64,000 bases of DNA from a bacterium (GCA_017431625.1 JAFRKQ010000009.1:11874-75873); one strand, 5' to 3'. Counted from the first letter of the stretch, positions 26,910 to 36,086 are shown. Numbers and translations are program-made. The notes: generated by a model not told the origin, from the sequence alone.

Positions 26910-28865
26910 CTAAAGTTTGGTAATACGAGCAAAGCCATGACCACTTTTAGCACAATCTATTTGGGGATCACTGCTAACGCAGGTATTACTAATTGTATAT
27001 GTTGATTCTTGTTCGGAACTGTCGCAAGCGTAGCAGCTCATATGTTTAGCCGACAAATTCACATTAGCAATATAGCCAGAACCGCCGCCACCGCCATAAT
27101 CAGTACTATTTGTGCTTGCACTACCACCATAATAGCCACCACCACCAGCTCCGGCATTTTTATTATTTCCGCCCTTACCGAATGAACCTGCGTAGCTGCC
27201 AGTAGCGCCACCGGCTGTTTGGCTACCTCCAAAACCAGTATTGCTCGATGATGTGCCACCAATGTAGCCACCACCACTTCCAGCGATATCAGCGCTATCA
27301 TTGGCTGCACCGCCACCCGCAACAATTAAAATGCGATTATCAGTAGCGTGGCTAGACAGTGTTGACAAAACACCCGAATCTAATGCGATGTGCGTCGCAC
27401 CTCCGCCGCCAAACTGTCCAGAACCTCCGCCATTATAGCCACCAGTGCTACCGTTTGCCTTGCCACCAACATTAATATGCAAAACAGTCCCTTGGGTTAA
27501 ATTAATTTTCCCAACTGCGTAGCCGCCATAGCCAGCTTGACCGATACCAGCGCCAACTACTCCAGAAGAAGCATCGGTGTAGCCTTCAGCACCCCAAACT
27601 TCCAGTAAATATATACCGTTGCTAGCAATAGTTAAAGTTTGTTCGCTGCCAGTATAATTATACTCATAAATATTATTGATGTTCACACAAGTGTCAGTGG
27701 AAGGGTTGTATTGATTGCTTCCGGTGCAAGTAGCGATACATTTACCATAAGTACTTGAATACTCATAATTTGTTTTACAGTCACAGGTCATCTTATTAGC
27801 ATTAAATGTGCCATTGTCACCACAAACGGCGATACAGCTGTGATATTGTTCTGACCACTCGTAGCCGTTGGCACAATATTCATGAACGCAACGTACACTC
27901 GCCCCATTGGCTTTATTGAGCTTAGTAATACCAAAACGCACATTGTTATGATAAATACTATTGCTAATAGTTTCACTAACATTAGTAGCTGTCCAATAGT
28001 AATTATATATTGGTTCTTGAGTCAAACCGCCGGTAACTCCTGCTACCCCAGCAGGAATCACTGCATGCCACGAACCACTTTTGGTCCAAAACGTCAAGTC
28101 ACTAGTGATTACACTTAAAGAAACATAATCATCTTTGCTGGGCAAATACCAACCATCAGGACAGATCCCTTTTCGTGGAATACTCGGTTGATAATTCTGT
28201 CCATAATGTGCATTATTATCCTGAACCGCTGCTTGATAACTGTAAAAATTACCTTGTAATGTCCCAGTACCTTCCAAACCATCATCATCGACTGTATCTT
28301 TAGCGGCACGACAATCGCCGTATAAACCATTGGCAATTCTATTACTTACACTGATTGCATTGGCCGCAGTTGTAATACACGTTTCATCCGCATTATATCC
28401 ATAGCCACAATAAAATATTTTATCACAACCAGAATGATATTTAAGATTTGTTGTCATCCAGCATTTGCCATCAGCAAATTTACGGACTTCGTAAGTTTTA
28501 CCATCTCTCTCATCCATAAGACATGGACCACTAGTATAAGCAGTTCCAGTTGGTGTTGTTAAACTTTCGCAATCACCAATTGACCAACGTTGCATTGTTG
28601 TTTGTGGATTTTTACAGCCATATTCTTTAATTGTCATGCAATTATTAGTACTAGAAGCAAATAGCTGTCCGCTTGGACACAGGCTGGTAGCCAAATATTT
28701 ATTGACCCCCACCCTAACAAATTGAATACCACCCACTTGTACCACTTTGCCTACAGCAACATCTTTAAGTTTCATCGTTTGATTGCCCGAAGCAGCGAGC
28801 GTCAATTGCCTTGATAACATGAGAAAAATTGCCGCCAAAAAGACTCGCCCAAGTACTCTGGACAT
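26910..28865 (-). CDS. secreted protein with Fibrobacter-succinogenes-major-paralogous-like domain and a Gly-rich C-terminal region
   Basis: Signal peptide MSRVLGRVFLAAIFLMLSRQLTLAA; DERDGKTYEVRKFADGKCWMTTNLKY, ICPDGWYLPS and NGASVRCV match the Fibrobacter paralogous-domain (TIGR02145-like) pattern; C-terminus GGGGYYGGSASTNSTDYGGGGGSGY. Confidence 0.65.
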   Translation of the reverse strand: MSRVLGRVFLAAIFLMLSRQLTLAASGNQTMKLKDVAVGKVVQVGGIQFVRVGVNKYLATSLCPSGQLFASSTNNCMTIKEYGCKNPQTTMQRWSIGDCESLTTPTGTAYTSGPCLMDERDGKTYEVRKFADGKCWMTTNLKYHSGCDKIFYCGYGYNADETCITTAANAISVSNRIANGLYGDCRAAKDTVDDDGLEGTGTLQGNFYSYQAAVQDNNAHYGQNYQPSIPRKGICPDGWYLPSKDDYVSLSVITSDLTFWTKSGSWHAVIPAGVAGVTGGLTQEPIYNYYWTATNVSETISNSIYHNNVRFGITKLNKANGASVRCVHEYCANGYEWSEQYHSCIAVCGDNGTFNANKMTCDCKTNYEYSSTYGKCIATCTGSNQYNPSTDTCVNINNIYEYNYTGSEQTLTIASNGIYLLEVWGAEGYTDASSGVVGAGIGQAGYGGYAVGKINLTQGTVLHINVGGKANGSTGGYNGGGSGQFGGGGATHIALDSGVLSTLSSHATDNRILIVAGGGAANDSADIAGSGGGYIGGTSSSNTGFGGSQTAGGATGSYAGSFGKGGNNKNAGAGGGGYYGGSASTNSTDYGGGGGSGYIANVNLSAKHMSCYACDSSEQESTYTISNTCVSSDPQIDCAKSGHGFARITKL

Positions 28866-29236
28866 AGATGCCTTTCGTTTTTAGTTGTTACACCGGGATT
28901 TTTTGTTTGCGTATCACCTACTAAAAGTGAGCGATACAAGAACTGTCGTTCTCCCGGTGACACATCTAATACATGAACGGAAAGACGAATCGTGCACTAG
29001 AACCGGGTGAAGTATCACTCACCTTATTGCGCGCGCGATCCCAGAGATTACAAACCTCTAACCCGTTGTCCTCAGATTTTACCGATCTAGCTATTGCTTT
29101 TACCGTCTCCATCTTTAGATTTTCACTCAGACTCCTTCCGTTACTTCCTTATTAGATGTGTCAGTAGTATTATACCACATTATGCGACTTTGTGCCAAGC
29201 AGTTTTGGCTAGTATTGACCAACTAATTAAAAGTTT

Positions 29237-29396
29237 CAAAACACGATATCATTTACCGATTCTTTATCGCGTTTGCTACTACTTCTGCCTGAAATACTCA
29301 CGAAACGCGATATCAAATGACCAAAGACTATCGTGTTTGGGCTAGCGTGGGCCGCCAAAAGTGAGGATAAATAAATTTCAACCTGTTTTTGATAAT
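29237..29396 (+). repeat. most complete copy (E-d) of a ~160-bp composite element with nested inverted repeats, contiguous with R6
   Basis: Outer inverted repeat aaacacgata/tatcgtgttt and inner atcgcgttt/aaacgcgat; partial copies at 21150-21205, 24596-24672 and 26538-26664. Confidence 0.8.
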
Positions 29397-29486
29397 GTAG
29401 ACAAAATTTGTACAATTTCACTTTTTTGTTAAACGCGTGTTAAACGCGTGTTAAACGCGTATATCTGGTTTTTGGTGACAAAAATG
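29397..29486 (+). repeat. cassette-boundary repeat R6 (three GTGTTAAACGC units)
   Basis: gtagacaaaatttgtacaatttcacttttttgttaaacgcgtgttaaacgcgtgttaaacgcgtatatctggtttttggtgacaaaaatg. Confidence 0.9.
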
Positions 29487-29596
29487 TATGTGCCTCGTTC
29501 AAAGTGTTGACGTTTCGCCAACAAATCTTTATAATGCGGATCATTAGCCTCATCGGGGTTGTTCGCAGCCATCACGATCATCTGTTCTCCATCGCA

Positions 29597-29638
29597 GTAG
29601 AGAACAAACTAGCATTTGTTCCCCAGTAGACTAGAGAA
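29597..29638. repeat. 40-bp direct repeat with internal palindrome gaacaaa-ctagca-tttgttc (copy at the 3' end of the ATPase gene)
   Basis: tagagaacaaactagcatttgttccccagtagactagagaag; second copy at 31122-31170. Confidence 0.8.
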
Positions 29639-31085
29639 GTAAAAACATTGACAGCGGCAAATTGACAAACTGTCCACCCGGATCCAACTGCAGTGGCGAC
29701 TGACTAACTGTTATCCCTAGGCTATACTTGAGATTGTGCCGCGCGATGCTAGCCGCTACTTGTTCACTGCCCTTAGTACCGCTACCCACCTCCAGCACCA
29801 AGGCTTGCTGCTTTTCGTGAATATCCACGATGAAGTCAGCACAGTTTTTGGCGGCATCATAGGTGAGAGCATATGAATAACCTCGCCGTGTCAGTAATTT
29901 TGTCAGATACATCGCCATCGTATCTTCACAAACTTTGGCGCGTAGATCGGCTGGTGTCAACGTCGTCCCCAATAAATTCAGATACATCGAGCGAAATGCC
30001 GGCGCAGCAAAGAGATATTTTGACGCCTTGCGTACCTGCACTCCCACATTGCCATACGGTGCCAACCGGTAGATCAAACCAGATAATTCCAGTGTATCCA
30101 GCATTTGTTGCAAGGTGGTGGGACTTAAGCGTAAATCATGGGCAACGTTATCAACGGCTGTAACATCGTTATTGGTAAGCAGATAAATCAATCGGGCAAA
30201 CATATTCAGTGTTGCCGGACTAAAAGTCTGCAGTTGGGCAATATCTTTACCGATGATCGTATCTACGGTCTTTTTTAGCTGATCATAAGCAACTCCAAGA
30301 TTGTGTAACCGCAGCAATGAAGGCAAGGTACCTATTTCCAAATATTTGTTGATCGTAATTTCTTGAGGAAAAGTGGCATAAAAACGACGTACCGGGCCTA
30401 TACAACGCTTAAAATAGTACATCGCCTCCTTCCCAGTGTTGCTACCCAGCAAACCCTCACGCAGCTGCGCTGTCACCTCCAGTGGCAGTGTTTGGCGATG
30501 GATAAGCCGGACGTACTCACGGAAAGATAAAGGATAGATCGTTTCAAAAATCGCCCGCCGACTAATATCTGCATTCGTTTGTAACTGGAGAGCTGCCGAG
30601 CCAGTGGCAGCCACAAACACCCGTCGTGACCGATCATATAAGTTTTTGATAGTTATCGCCCAGTCTGGGTCATATTGCACTTCATCCAAAAAAATGTACA
30701 CTGGCGGCCCGTTTTGGGTAAAACTTTCGCCCAACAGAGTTTCGTAAGCGGCTAACACTTGTCCTAGCGTCACTCCCAATTGGCGTGTCACCTCGTCCAC
30801 CGATAGATAGATTTTGTGCAAAGGAGCAGCTTTGATCTGGTCGAGCAATTGCATAAGCAGTGTCGTTTTGCCCAAGCCCCGCAAGCCACTGATCACCAAC
30901 CACCTCCAGGCAGCATTACCGGCTTCAAAAGCATCCAAGTGCTGTGCCAGGCGGCCATAGACATCGCGGCGTGGCAAGGGTGCGCCAGCATCGTCAGTTG
31001 TGTAATTAACACATCTAGCCGTCAGTTCCATCAGTTGACGTTGTAAATAAGCAGTGAGTTGATTTTGTGTCTCTTGTGTGATCAT
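29631..31085 (-). CDS. AAA+ ATPase (AAA_14/DUF4143-type ATP-binding protein)
   Basis: Walker A VISGLRGLGKTTLL, Walker B IFLDEVQ; visibly more GC-rich than neighbouring cassettes. Confidence 0.75.
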   Translation of the reverse strand: MITQETQNQLTAYLQRQLMELTARCVNYTTDDAGAPLPRRDVYGRLAQHLDAFEAGNAAWRWLVISGLRGLGKTTLLMQLLDQIKAAPLHKIYLSVDEVTRQLGVTLGQVLAAYETLLGESFTQNGPPVYIFLDEVQYDPDWAITIKNLYDRSRRVFVAATGSAALQLQTNADISRRAIFETIYPLSFREYVRLIHRQTLPLEVTAQLREGLLGSNTGKEAMYYFKRCIGPVRRFYATFPQEITINKYLEIGTLPSLLRLHNLGVAYDQLKKTVDTIIGKDIAQLQTFSPATLNMFARLIYLLTNNDVTAVDNVAHDLRLSPTTLQQMLDTLELSGLIYRLAPYGNVGVQVRKASKYLFAAPAFRSMYLNLLGTTLTPADLRAKVCEDTMAMYLTKLLTRRGYSYALTYDAAKNCADFIVDIHEKQQALVLEVGSGTKGSEQVAASIARHNLKYSLGITVSQSPLQLDPGGQFVNLPLSMFLLL

Positions 31086-31121
31086 ACCTTAGATTATACC
31101 ACATTTTGTTCCCTAATACAA

Positions 31122-31170
31122 TAGAGAACAAACTAGCATTTGTTCCACAGTATACTAGAGAACAAAACCA
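31122..31170. repeat. direct repeat with palindrome gaacaaactagcatttgttc (copy upstream of the ATPase gene; extra half-sites ttgttcc/agagaacaaa nearby)
   Basis: atagagaacaaactagcatttgttccacagtatactagagaacaaaacc. Confidence 0.8.
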
Positions 31171-31363
31171 TACGATGGTGCTAATTGCCCTCTGGTGTCA
31201 CCTGCTTGTACATACGATCAGCGCGCAAAATTCTCACTAAAAATGAGACTGGAAACATAACGAGTCTCCTTATACAATAGTATTGTTACAAAGTACTAGA
31301 GAAAAGCCTAAGTTCCAACCTAAAACGCGACACTCAACACTAACATAAGATTATTTAAACAGT

Positions 31364-31455
31364 GTAGACAAAATTTGTACAATTTCACTTTTTTGTTAAA
31401 CGCGTGTTAAACGTGTAACTATGGTTTTTGGTGACAAAAATGTGGTTTTTGTAAT
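31364..31455 (+). repeat. cassette-boundary repeat R7
   Basis: gtagacaaaatttgtacaatttcacttttttgttaaacgcgtgttaaacgtgtaactatggtttttggtgacaaaaatgtggtttttg. Confidence 0.9.
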
Positions 31456-31540
31456 TTATGGCAGTGGTTAATTTTACCAAAAACAATTGGCCTCATTAAA
31501 TACTTTTGTTAGTTGACACACACGACAGTGTCGCGATATT

Positions 31541-31571
31541 CTTTGCCCGCGCTCCAAGAGCGCGGGCAAAG
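31541..31571. promoter_or_regulatory. perfect palindrome ctttgcccgcgctc-caa-gagcgcgggcaaag (second copy)
   Basis: See 26841-26871. Confidence 0.6.
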
Positions 31572-31603
31572 ATGAAACGAAATAAGAAAAGTATTAAGAC
31601 TGC

Positions 31604-31700
31604 AAACTTAAATGCCTAAATAAACAGACAGCTGGGTGATGCGGGCGGCACCATGACCAGTGTGACCCAATTCTTCCTCGCCACTCGGAGCAAGAAAAAT
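31604..31700 (-). pseudogene. decayed 3'-terminal remnant of a glycine-rich paralogous-domain family gene
   Basis: taaatgcctaaataaacagacagctgggtgatgcgggcggcaccatgaccagtgtgacc aligns with the 3' end of the 63195-63992 gene (taaatgcccagataaacagacagctgagtaatccgggcggcaccatttccggtatgacc); no ORF remains. Confidence 0.5.
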
Positions 31701-31903
31701 TTGATCACCCGCAATGGTCTCGGCATTAGTCAAATAATAATCACTGCCCGCTATCCAATTGACTGTGTCGGCATCTTAGCCATTATTTTTTCCAGTAATC
31801 ATAGTTGTCTTTGGTGTAGCCGCCAATGACGCTGACTTCTCTTATTTTCCTTTCGCATTAAGATTGACTCGCATGCTATGGTGTAAACAAGATTTGCAAG
31901 GTC

Positions 31904-32746
31904 TCAGGTCTTACCGTTGATCATCATCGATGTCTCTATGCTCACGCAATGAGAATTAAACCCCAATTCCATGCGGACATATTCAAGTGAAACACAGGCA
32001 GCTAAAACAATAAAGCCTTGCGCAATAAATATTCGTGTAAATTGTTGATATTCAATTATACCTGGTTTGAGGTGTTTCTTGTTCAAGTAAGAGCTGACAA
32101 AAATAAGCGCCGGCATCGCGAGCAAAACCATAAAGTGACCCACATCATCGATTAAAATATTGCATTGTACCTGTAAATATGGCAATGCCCAAACTGGCAC
32201 TAATCCAACTAGTAGCAAATAAGTAGTTGACTGCCTAATGAAGCGAAATAATTTTTGGTTATCGATCTTTGTAATTTTTCTCTTTGAATGCCATGATAGC
32301 GAAGGTATTAATTTGGAAAATAATAGGTATAAAACCAAAGGTGCAAAGGCAAGAATCAGAAAACCCATTGGGTAGTAGACACTATATGCCATCGCACAGA
32401 TAAACATAGCTGCCAACACAAAAACTATTCGTAAAATGAATTGTAAAAACGACTGTAGCCAGTTGTTAAGCTTGGTTTTGTGCGTGAGATAGGCACAAGG
32501 CCATTCTGCTACGAGAAGTCCCAAATTAATATAAGGTGTTAAAAAGATCGCCAAATACATAAGTCTGTTTATGATCAGAACAGCATTATCTAGTGGACTG
32601 ACACCAGCTAGGCGAATGCCCGATGACGACTGACTAACTCGATTAAGAGCATCGACGTGCCACTGCCAGAGTTGCAAAATAAAGAAAGCATAGATAGCAA
32701 GACTAAAACATAAAACAAATATTTTAAATTTACCATTCTTCCTCAT
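31904..32746 (-). CDS. hypothetical polytopic membrane protein
   Basis: 280-aa ORF with 6-8 hydrophobic helices; no known motif. Confidence 0.5.
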   Translation of the reverse strand: MRKNGKFKIFVLCFSLAIYAFFILQLWQWHVDALNRVSQSSSGIRLAGVSPLDNAVLIINRLMYLAIFLTPYINLGLLVAEWPCAYLTHKTKLNNWLQSFLQFILRIVFVLAAMFICAMAYSVYYPMGFLILAFAPLVLYLLFSKLIPSLSWHSKRKITKIDNQKLFRFIRQSTTYLLLVGLVPVWALPYLQVQCNILIDDVGHFMVLLAMPALIFVSSYLNKKHLKPGIIEYQQFTRIFIAQGFIVLAACVSLEYVRMELGFNSHCVSIETSMMINGKT

Positions 32747-33104
32747 AAACCATTGCTAATTATAGCACATGTTCAAATGGTTTAAAAGTTGCCAGAATAA
32801 TTTCTAGCAAATATTCTAAGATGTGATAAATATTGCTCATTTAGGTGGTTTCATCACTTGCCAGTCAATAAACTTTTCTCCTGTATTTGTACTGCAAATT
32901 TTTTTCTACCTGAAAAATTAATTTCTTATGCAATGGTCATGCAAAATTACTCCCACGTGTGGCAAAGCGTATCGACTCATGCGAATAGTAGTCAACCAGT
33001 TTGTCTATTTACAAATCATAGTAAAGCGCAATGTCTTTTTGCCTTTTTGACCTGCCCCATTTTTACAGCTTGCTATCATGAACTGCGCCTGTTTTGCATT
33101 TTAT

Positions 33105-33172
33105 CATTTTTGTTAAACGCGTGTTAAACGTACACATCTGGTTTTTGGTGACAAAAATGGGATTTTTGTTTT
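33105..33172 (+). repeat. cassette-boundary repeat R8 (5'-truncated)
   Basis: tttttgttaaacgcgtgttaaacgtacacatctggtttttggtgacaaaaatgggatttttg. Confidence 0.85.
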
Positions 33173-33405
33173 TTAGCATCTAGTAAGTTTTTGTGATATT
33201 TGGTGAAACTAATAAAGAAATTGCGAGAATGTATCGCAAAAAAGATTAAGACAAATCATTCCTGCAAAAATTGCGACAATAAAATATAATTTGATATGTT
33301 ACAATACCGACATTTCGCAGTCGCGTTGGCCCTGGGTTAAGTCTGCCGGGGAGATCTCACATCAAGACAACAGATAGTTGTCATAAAATAAAAAGAAAGA
33401 ACAAT

Positions 33406-34434
33406 ATGCAAAATATAGCACTTGAGCACATCCATACTAAAAATATCGTTGACGACGCCCGGCAAATCATTCAAACAGCTCGGGCTAATGCCACTAGAAG
33501 CATTGACTTTAATCGCGTGCAAATGTATTGGTGTTTAGGTCGGCGAATTTTTGAGGAAGAACAACAAGGCAAAGACCGGGCAAATTACGGCACATATCTA
33601 ATAAAAAAGCTTGCTAATTCCTTAGAAAAGGAGTACGGTAGCGGTTTTTCCGAACGGCAATTAAAATTTTGTCGTCAGTTTTACCGACTTTACCCAATTG
33701 GGAACGCAGTGCGTTCCCAATTGAATTGGACTCAATATCGTTTGTTAATCCAAATTTCTGACCCCGACAAACGTGAGTATTACGAACTCGAGTCGGTCAA
33801 CAATTCCTGGACAGCTCGAGAAACAGAAAGACAAATTAACAGTCAACTTTACGAGCGACTTCTTCTGAGCAATGATAAAGAATCTGTTTTGGCGATCGCC
33901 AGAAAAGAACGCCTTCCTGATAGACCGCAAGAGGTGATTAAAGACCCAATGGTGTTAGAGTTTTTAGGACTTGATCGTCAAGCCTCTTACTACGAAAAAG
34001 ATTTAGAAAGCGCGATTATTTCGCATCTAACTGATTTTTTGTTAGAAATGGGCAAAGGTTTTTGTTTTGTAGCGCGCCAAAAAAGAATCATCATAGAGGA
34101 TGACGAGTTTTTCATCGATTTGGTTTTGTACAATCGATTACTTAGATGTTTTGTCATTGTGGAACTCAAAACTGGAAAACTTACTCACCAAGATCTCGGA
34201 CAGCTACAAATGTATGTCAACTACTATGACCGCCAAGAAAAACTACCACAAGAAAATGACACTATTGGTGTCTTACTCGGGACAAGCAAAAATGACACCG
34301 CAGTCAAAATGACTTTACCAAAAGACAATCAAACAATTATGACTGGTGAATACCAGCTTTATTTGCCAAGTACTGAGCAATTGGCGAAAGCAGTCGAAGA
34401 AGTCAAGCAATTAGCGCAGTTCAGTTTTATGTAG
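33406..34434 (+). CDS. YhcG-like protein (DUF1016 N-terminal domain plus PD-(D/E)XK nuclease-like C-terminal domain), copy 1
   Basis: GKGFCFVARQKRIIIEDDEFFIDLVLYNRLLRCFVIVELKTGKLTHQDLGQLQMYVNYYD is the D...E.K core typical of the YhcG family; stop codon supplied by R9 (atgTAGacaaaa). Confidence 0.75.
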   Translation: MQNIALEHIHTKNIVDDARQIIQTARANATRSIDFNRVQMYWCLGRRIFEEEQQGKDRANYGTYLIKKLANSLEKEYGSGFSERQLKFCRQFYRLYPIGNAVRSQLNWTQYRLLIQISDPDKREYYELESVNNSWTARETERQINSQLYERLLLSNDKESVLAIARKERLPDRPQEVIKDPMVLEFLGLDRQASYYEKDLESAIISHLTDFLLEMGKGFCFVARQKRIIIEDDEFFIDLVLYNRLLRCFVIVELKTGKLTHQDLGQLQMYVNYYDRQEKLPQENDTIGVLLGTSKNDTAVKMTLPKDNQTIMTGEYQLYLPSTEQLAKAVEEVKQLAQFSFM

Positions 34435-34520
34435 ACAAAATTTGATCAATTTCACTTTTTTGTTAAACGCGTGTTAAACGTACACATCTGGTTTTTGGTG
34501 ACAAAAATTGGATTTTTGTA
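34431..34520 (+). repeat. cassette-boundary repeat R9
   Basis: gtagacaaaatttgatcaatttcacttttttgttaaacgcgtgttaaacgtacacatctggtttttggtgacaaaaattggatttttg. Confidence 0.9.
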
Positions 34521-34554
34521 ATTTTACAAGTAGATAATTTTGTAATATTAAGCT

Positions 34555-35307
34555 CTACCCTATCGCCCGCCTTATCTTCAATGTCTTCAAATACTCTTTT
34601 TGTTCGACTGTGAGGCGGCGACTTTCGAGGGCTTTTTGGATAGCTTTGTTGTGGGTCCAATCGTCCAAGCGTTTTTCCTTGAAAAAAGGCAGAGCGCTAT
34701 CATACTGCTCTGCCAAAGCCGTGGCAAAATACCAAGCAATCATCATCTCGATATAGTATTCTTGCGACTTGACCGTTGCCACTAACTCAACTAGAGGCAG
34801 ACTAAACATTTCATCCAAAAAATGTTGCATTAACAGCCTGATGGCAAAACGAACAGTATATGTCGCTTCAGACTGAATCCACTGGTGAATAAACGGAAGG
34901 AGGCGTTCGGATTGTTTTTTGAAAACCTTTGGCGAGAGTTGATCGCAGGTAGCCCAGTTATCAATGTGTGGCAAAAACACTTCTACTTTAGATACGCATT
35001 TGTCAAAGTCTTTTTCTAAAGAAATAATAAAAGCGTGAAGTTGATCTTCGTCAAAATACTGATGTGGCAGATTTGACAAGAAATCTCTAGCATCGTTACC
35101 TTGATACATTTTTTTAGCCAAAGTTCGCAAAGCCGGAGTCCTAACACCAATAATCCGTTCTGGCACAAGCGTGGGGATGATCTTAGCTTGCAAAGCAGCA
35201 TATTTTTCGTCGCGCAAGCGGAATAATTCGGCTCTGATTTCAGATGTAGTCATGATACTTAAACCATAATCAACTTTTATCACTTTGGGCGATACTTTTT
35301 TGCTCAA
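34555..35307 (-). CDS. DNA alkylation repair protein (AlkD/AlkC-like HEAT-repeat glycosylase family)
   Basis: GVRTPALRTLAKKMY...NWATCDQL and the overall helical-repeat pattern resemble PF08713; start possibly internal (MTTSEIRAELFRL). Confidence 0.55.
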   Translation of the reverse strand: MSKKVSPKVIKVDYGLSIMTTSEIRAELFRLRDEKYAALQAKIIPTLVPERIIGVRTPALRTLAKKMYQGNDARDFLSNLPHQYFDEDQLHAFIISLEKDFDKCVSKVEVFLPHIDNWATCDQLSPKVFKKQSERLLPFIHQWIQSEATYTVRFAIRLLMQHFLDEMFSLPLVELVATVKSQEYYIEMMIAWYFATALAEQYDSALPFFKEKRLDDWTHNKAIQKALESRRLTVEQKEYLKTLKIRRAIG

Positions 35308-35404
35308 GCAAGTGTATTATATCACCAATTTGATTAATACCCGTGCGCACGCTGCACACGTTATGAGAAAGTTTTTGGTTGAGAGTATATATGTATGTTA
35401 AGCA

Positions 35405-35761
35405 CTAAAAAGTTATCGTATTCGGAATAGAAATAATAAAATGAATAACAAAAAATAGTGCTAGAGTCAGTACTGCGAACCAAACTGTATCTTTAATTTT
35501 TTCCTTGTCAATAGTAATAGCACTAAAACTCTTTATGTTTTGATATTGTTTGTACATACAAACATATAATGGAATCATAATTATTGCCAAGACACATAAA
35601 GCAAATACAGAATTAGTAAAACTCTGCTGCACAACAGAATAATTCGGAAAACTACTTCCCAACAATCTAAACGACACTGGGATTAAGAAAACTAAAGTAA
35701 TATTAATCATGCATGCTAAAAAATAGCAATCCATTAGCAAGGCCATAAAATATAGTCGCAC
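35405..35761 (-). CDS. hypothetical small membrane protein (may be the frameshifted continuation of 35703-36086)
   Basis: Three hydrophobic helices; overlaps the upstream ORF by 59 bp in another frame. Confidence 0.3.
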   Translation of the reverse strand: MRLYFMALLMDCYFLACMINITLVFLIPVSFRLLGSSFPNYSVVQQSFTNSVFALCVLAIIMIPLYVCMYKQYQNIKSFSAITIDKEKIKDTVWFAVLTLALFFVIHFIISIPNTITF

Positions 35762-36086
35762 CAGACTTTGTTTTGGTAGTTGTTCTTCGCGTCATTAAAC
35801 TAGCGATTGATATTAACAAAATGCCTAGAACATTACATCCCATACCGAGTAAAGGCATATAATGTCTTATTATATTATTTTCCAATACAGTACTAACTAT
35901 ACTTGCGCATGAAGGCACTAAAGACTCTTCAAGGAATTGATCTATTTGAGGACAGTTTCTATATGTCTGCAAAAGCACATATGGTATAACATAACCATCA
36001 ACCAAATGAAATACTAGCAACAATAAACCGATTATTAGTGCTAGTCTTATTGCCAGCATAACTCCTAATTTATTGTCATTGCGCAT
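35703..36086 (-). CDS. hypothetical membrane protein (start MRNDNKLG at 36086 preferred over the track's 36230)
   Basis: RBS AAGGGAAC and TATAAT promoter just upstream of 36086. Confidence 0.35.
   Translation of the reverse strand: MRNDNKLGVMLAIRLALIIGLLLLVFHLVDGYVIPYVLLQTYRNCPQIDQFLEESLVPSCASIVSTVLENNIIRHYMPLLGMGCNVLGILLISIASLMTRRTTTKTKSGATIFYGLANGLLFFSMHD

Noticed and set aside
29507-29590. Short plus-strand ORF (MRIISLIGVVRSHHDHLFSIAV) after a consensus promoter
   Set aside because: Only 22 codons, running into the 3' end of the ATPase gene; the promoter is noted, but a real gene is unlikely.
32858-33127. 89-aa ORF between the membrane-protein gene and R8
   Set aside because: AT-rich intergenic DNA with no RBS or promoter logic; overlaps repeat R8.
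16874-34520. Possibility that the ~90-bp repeats form a CRISPR array
   Set aside because: Repeats are ~90 bp and separated by 1-3.5 kb of protein-coding DNA, not 25-50-bp repeats with short spacers. No cas genes are present.
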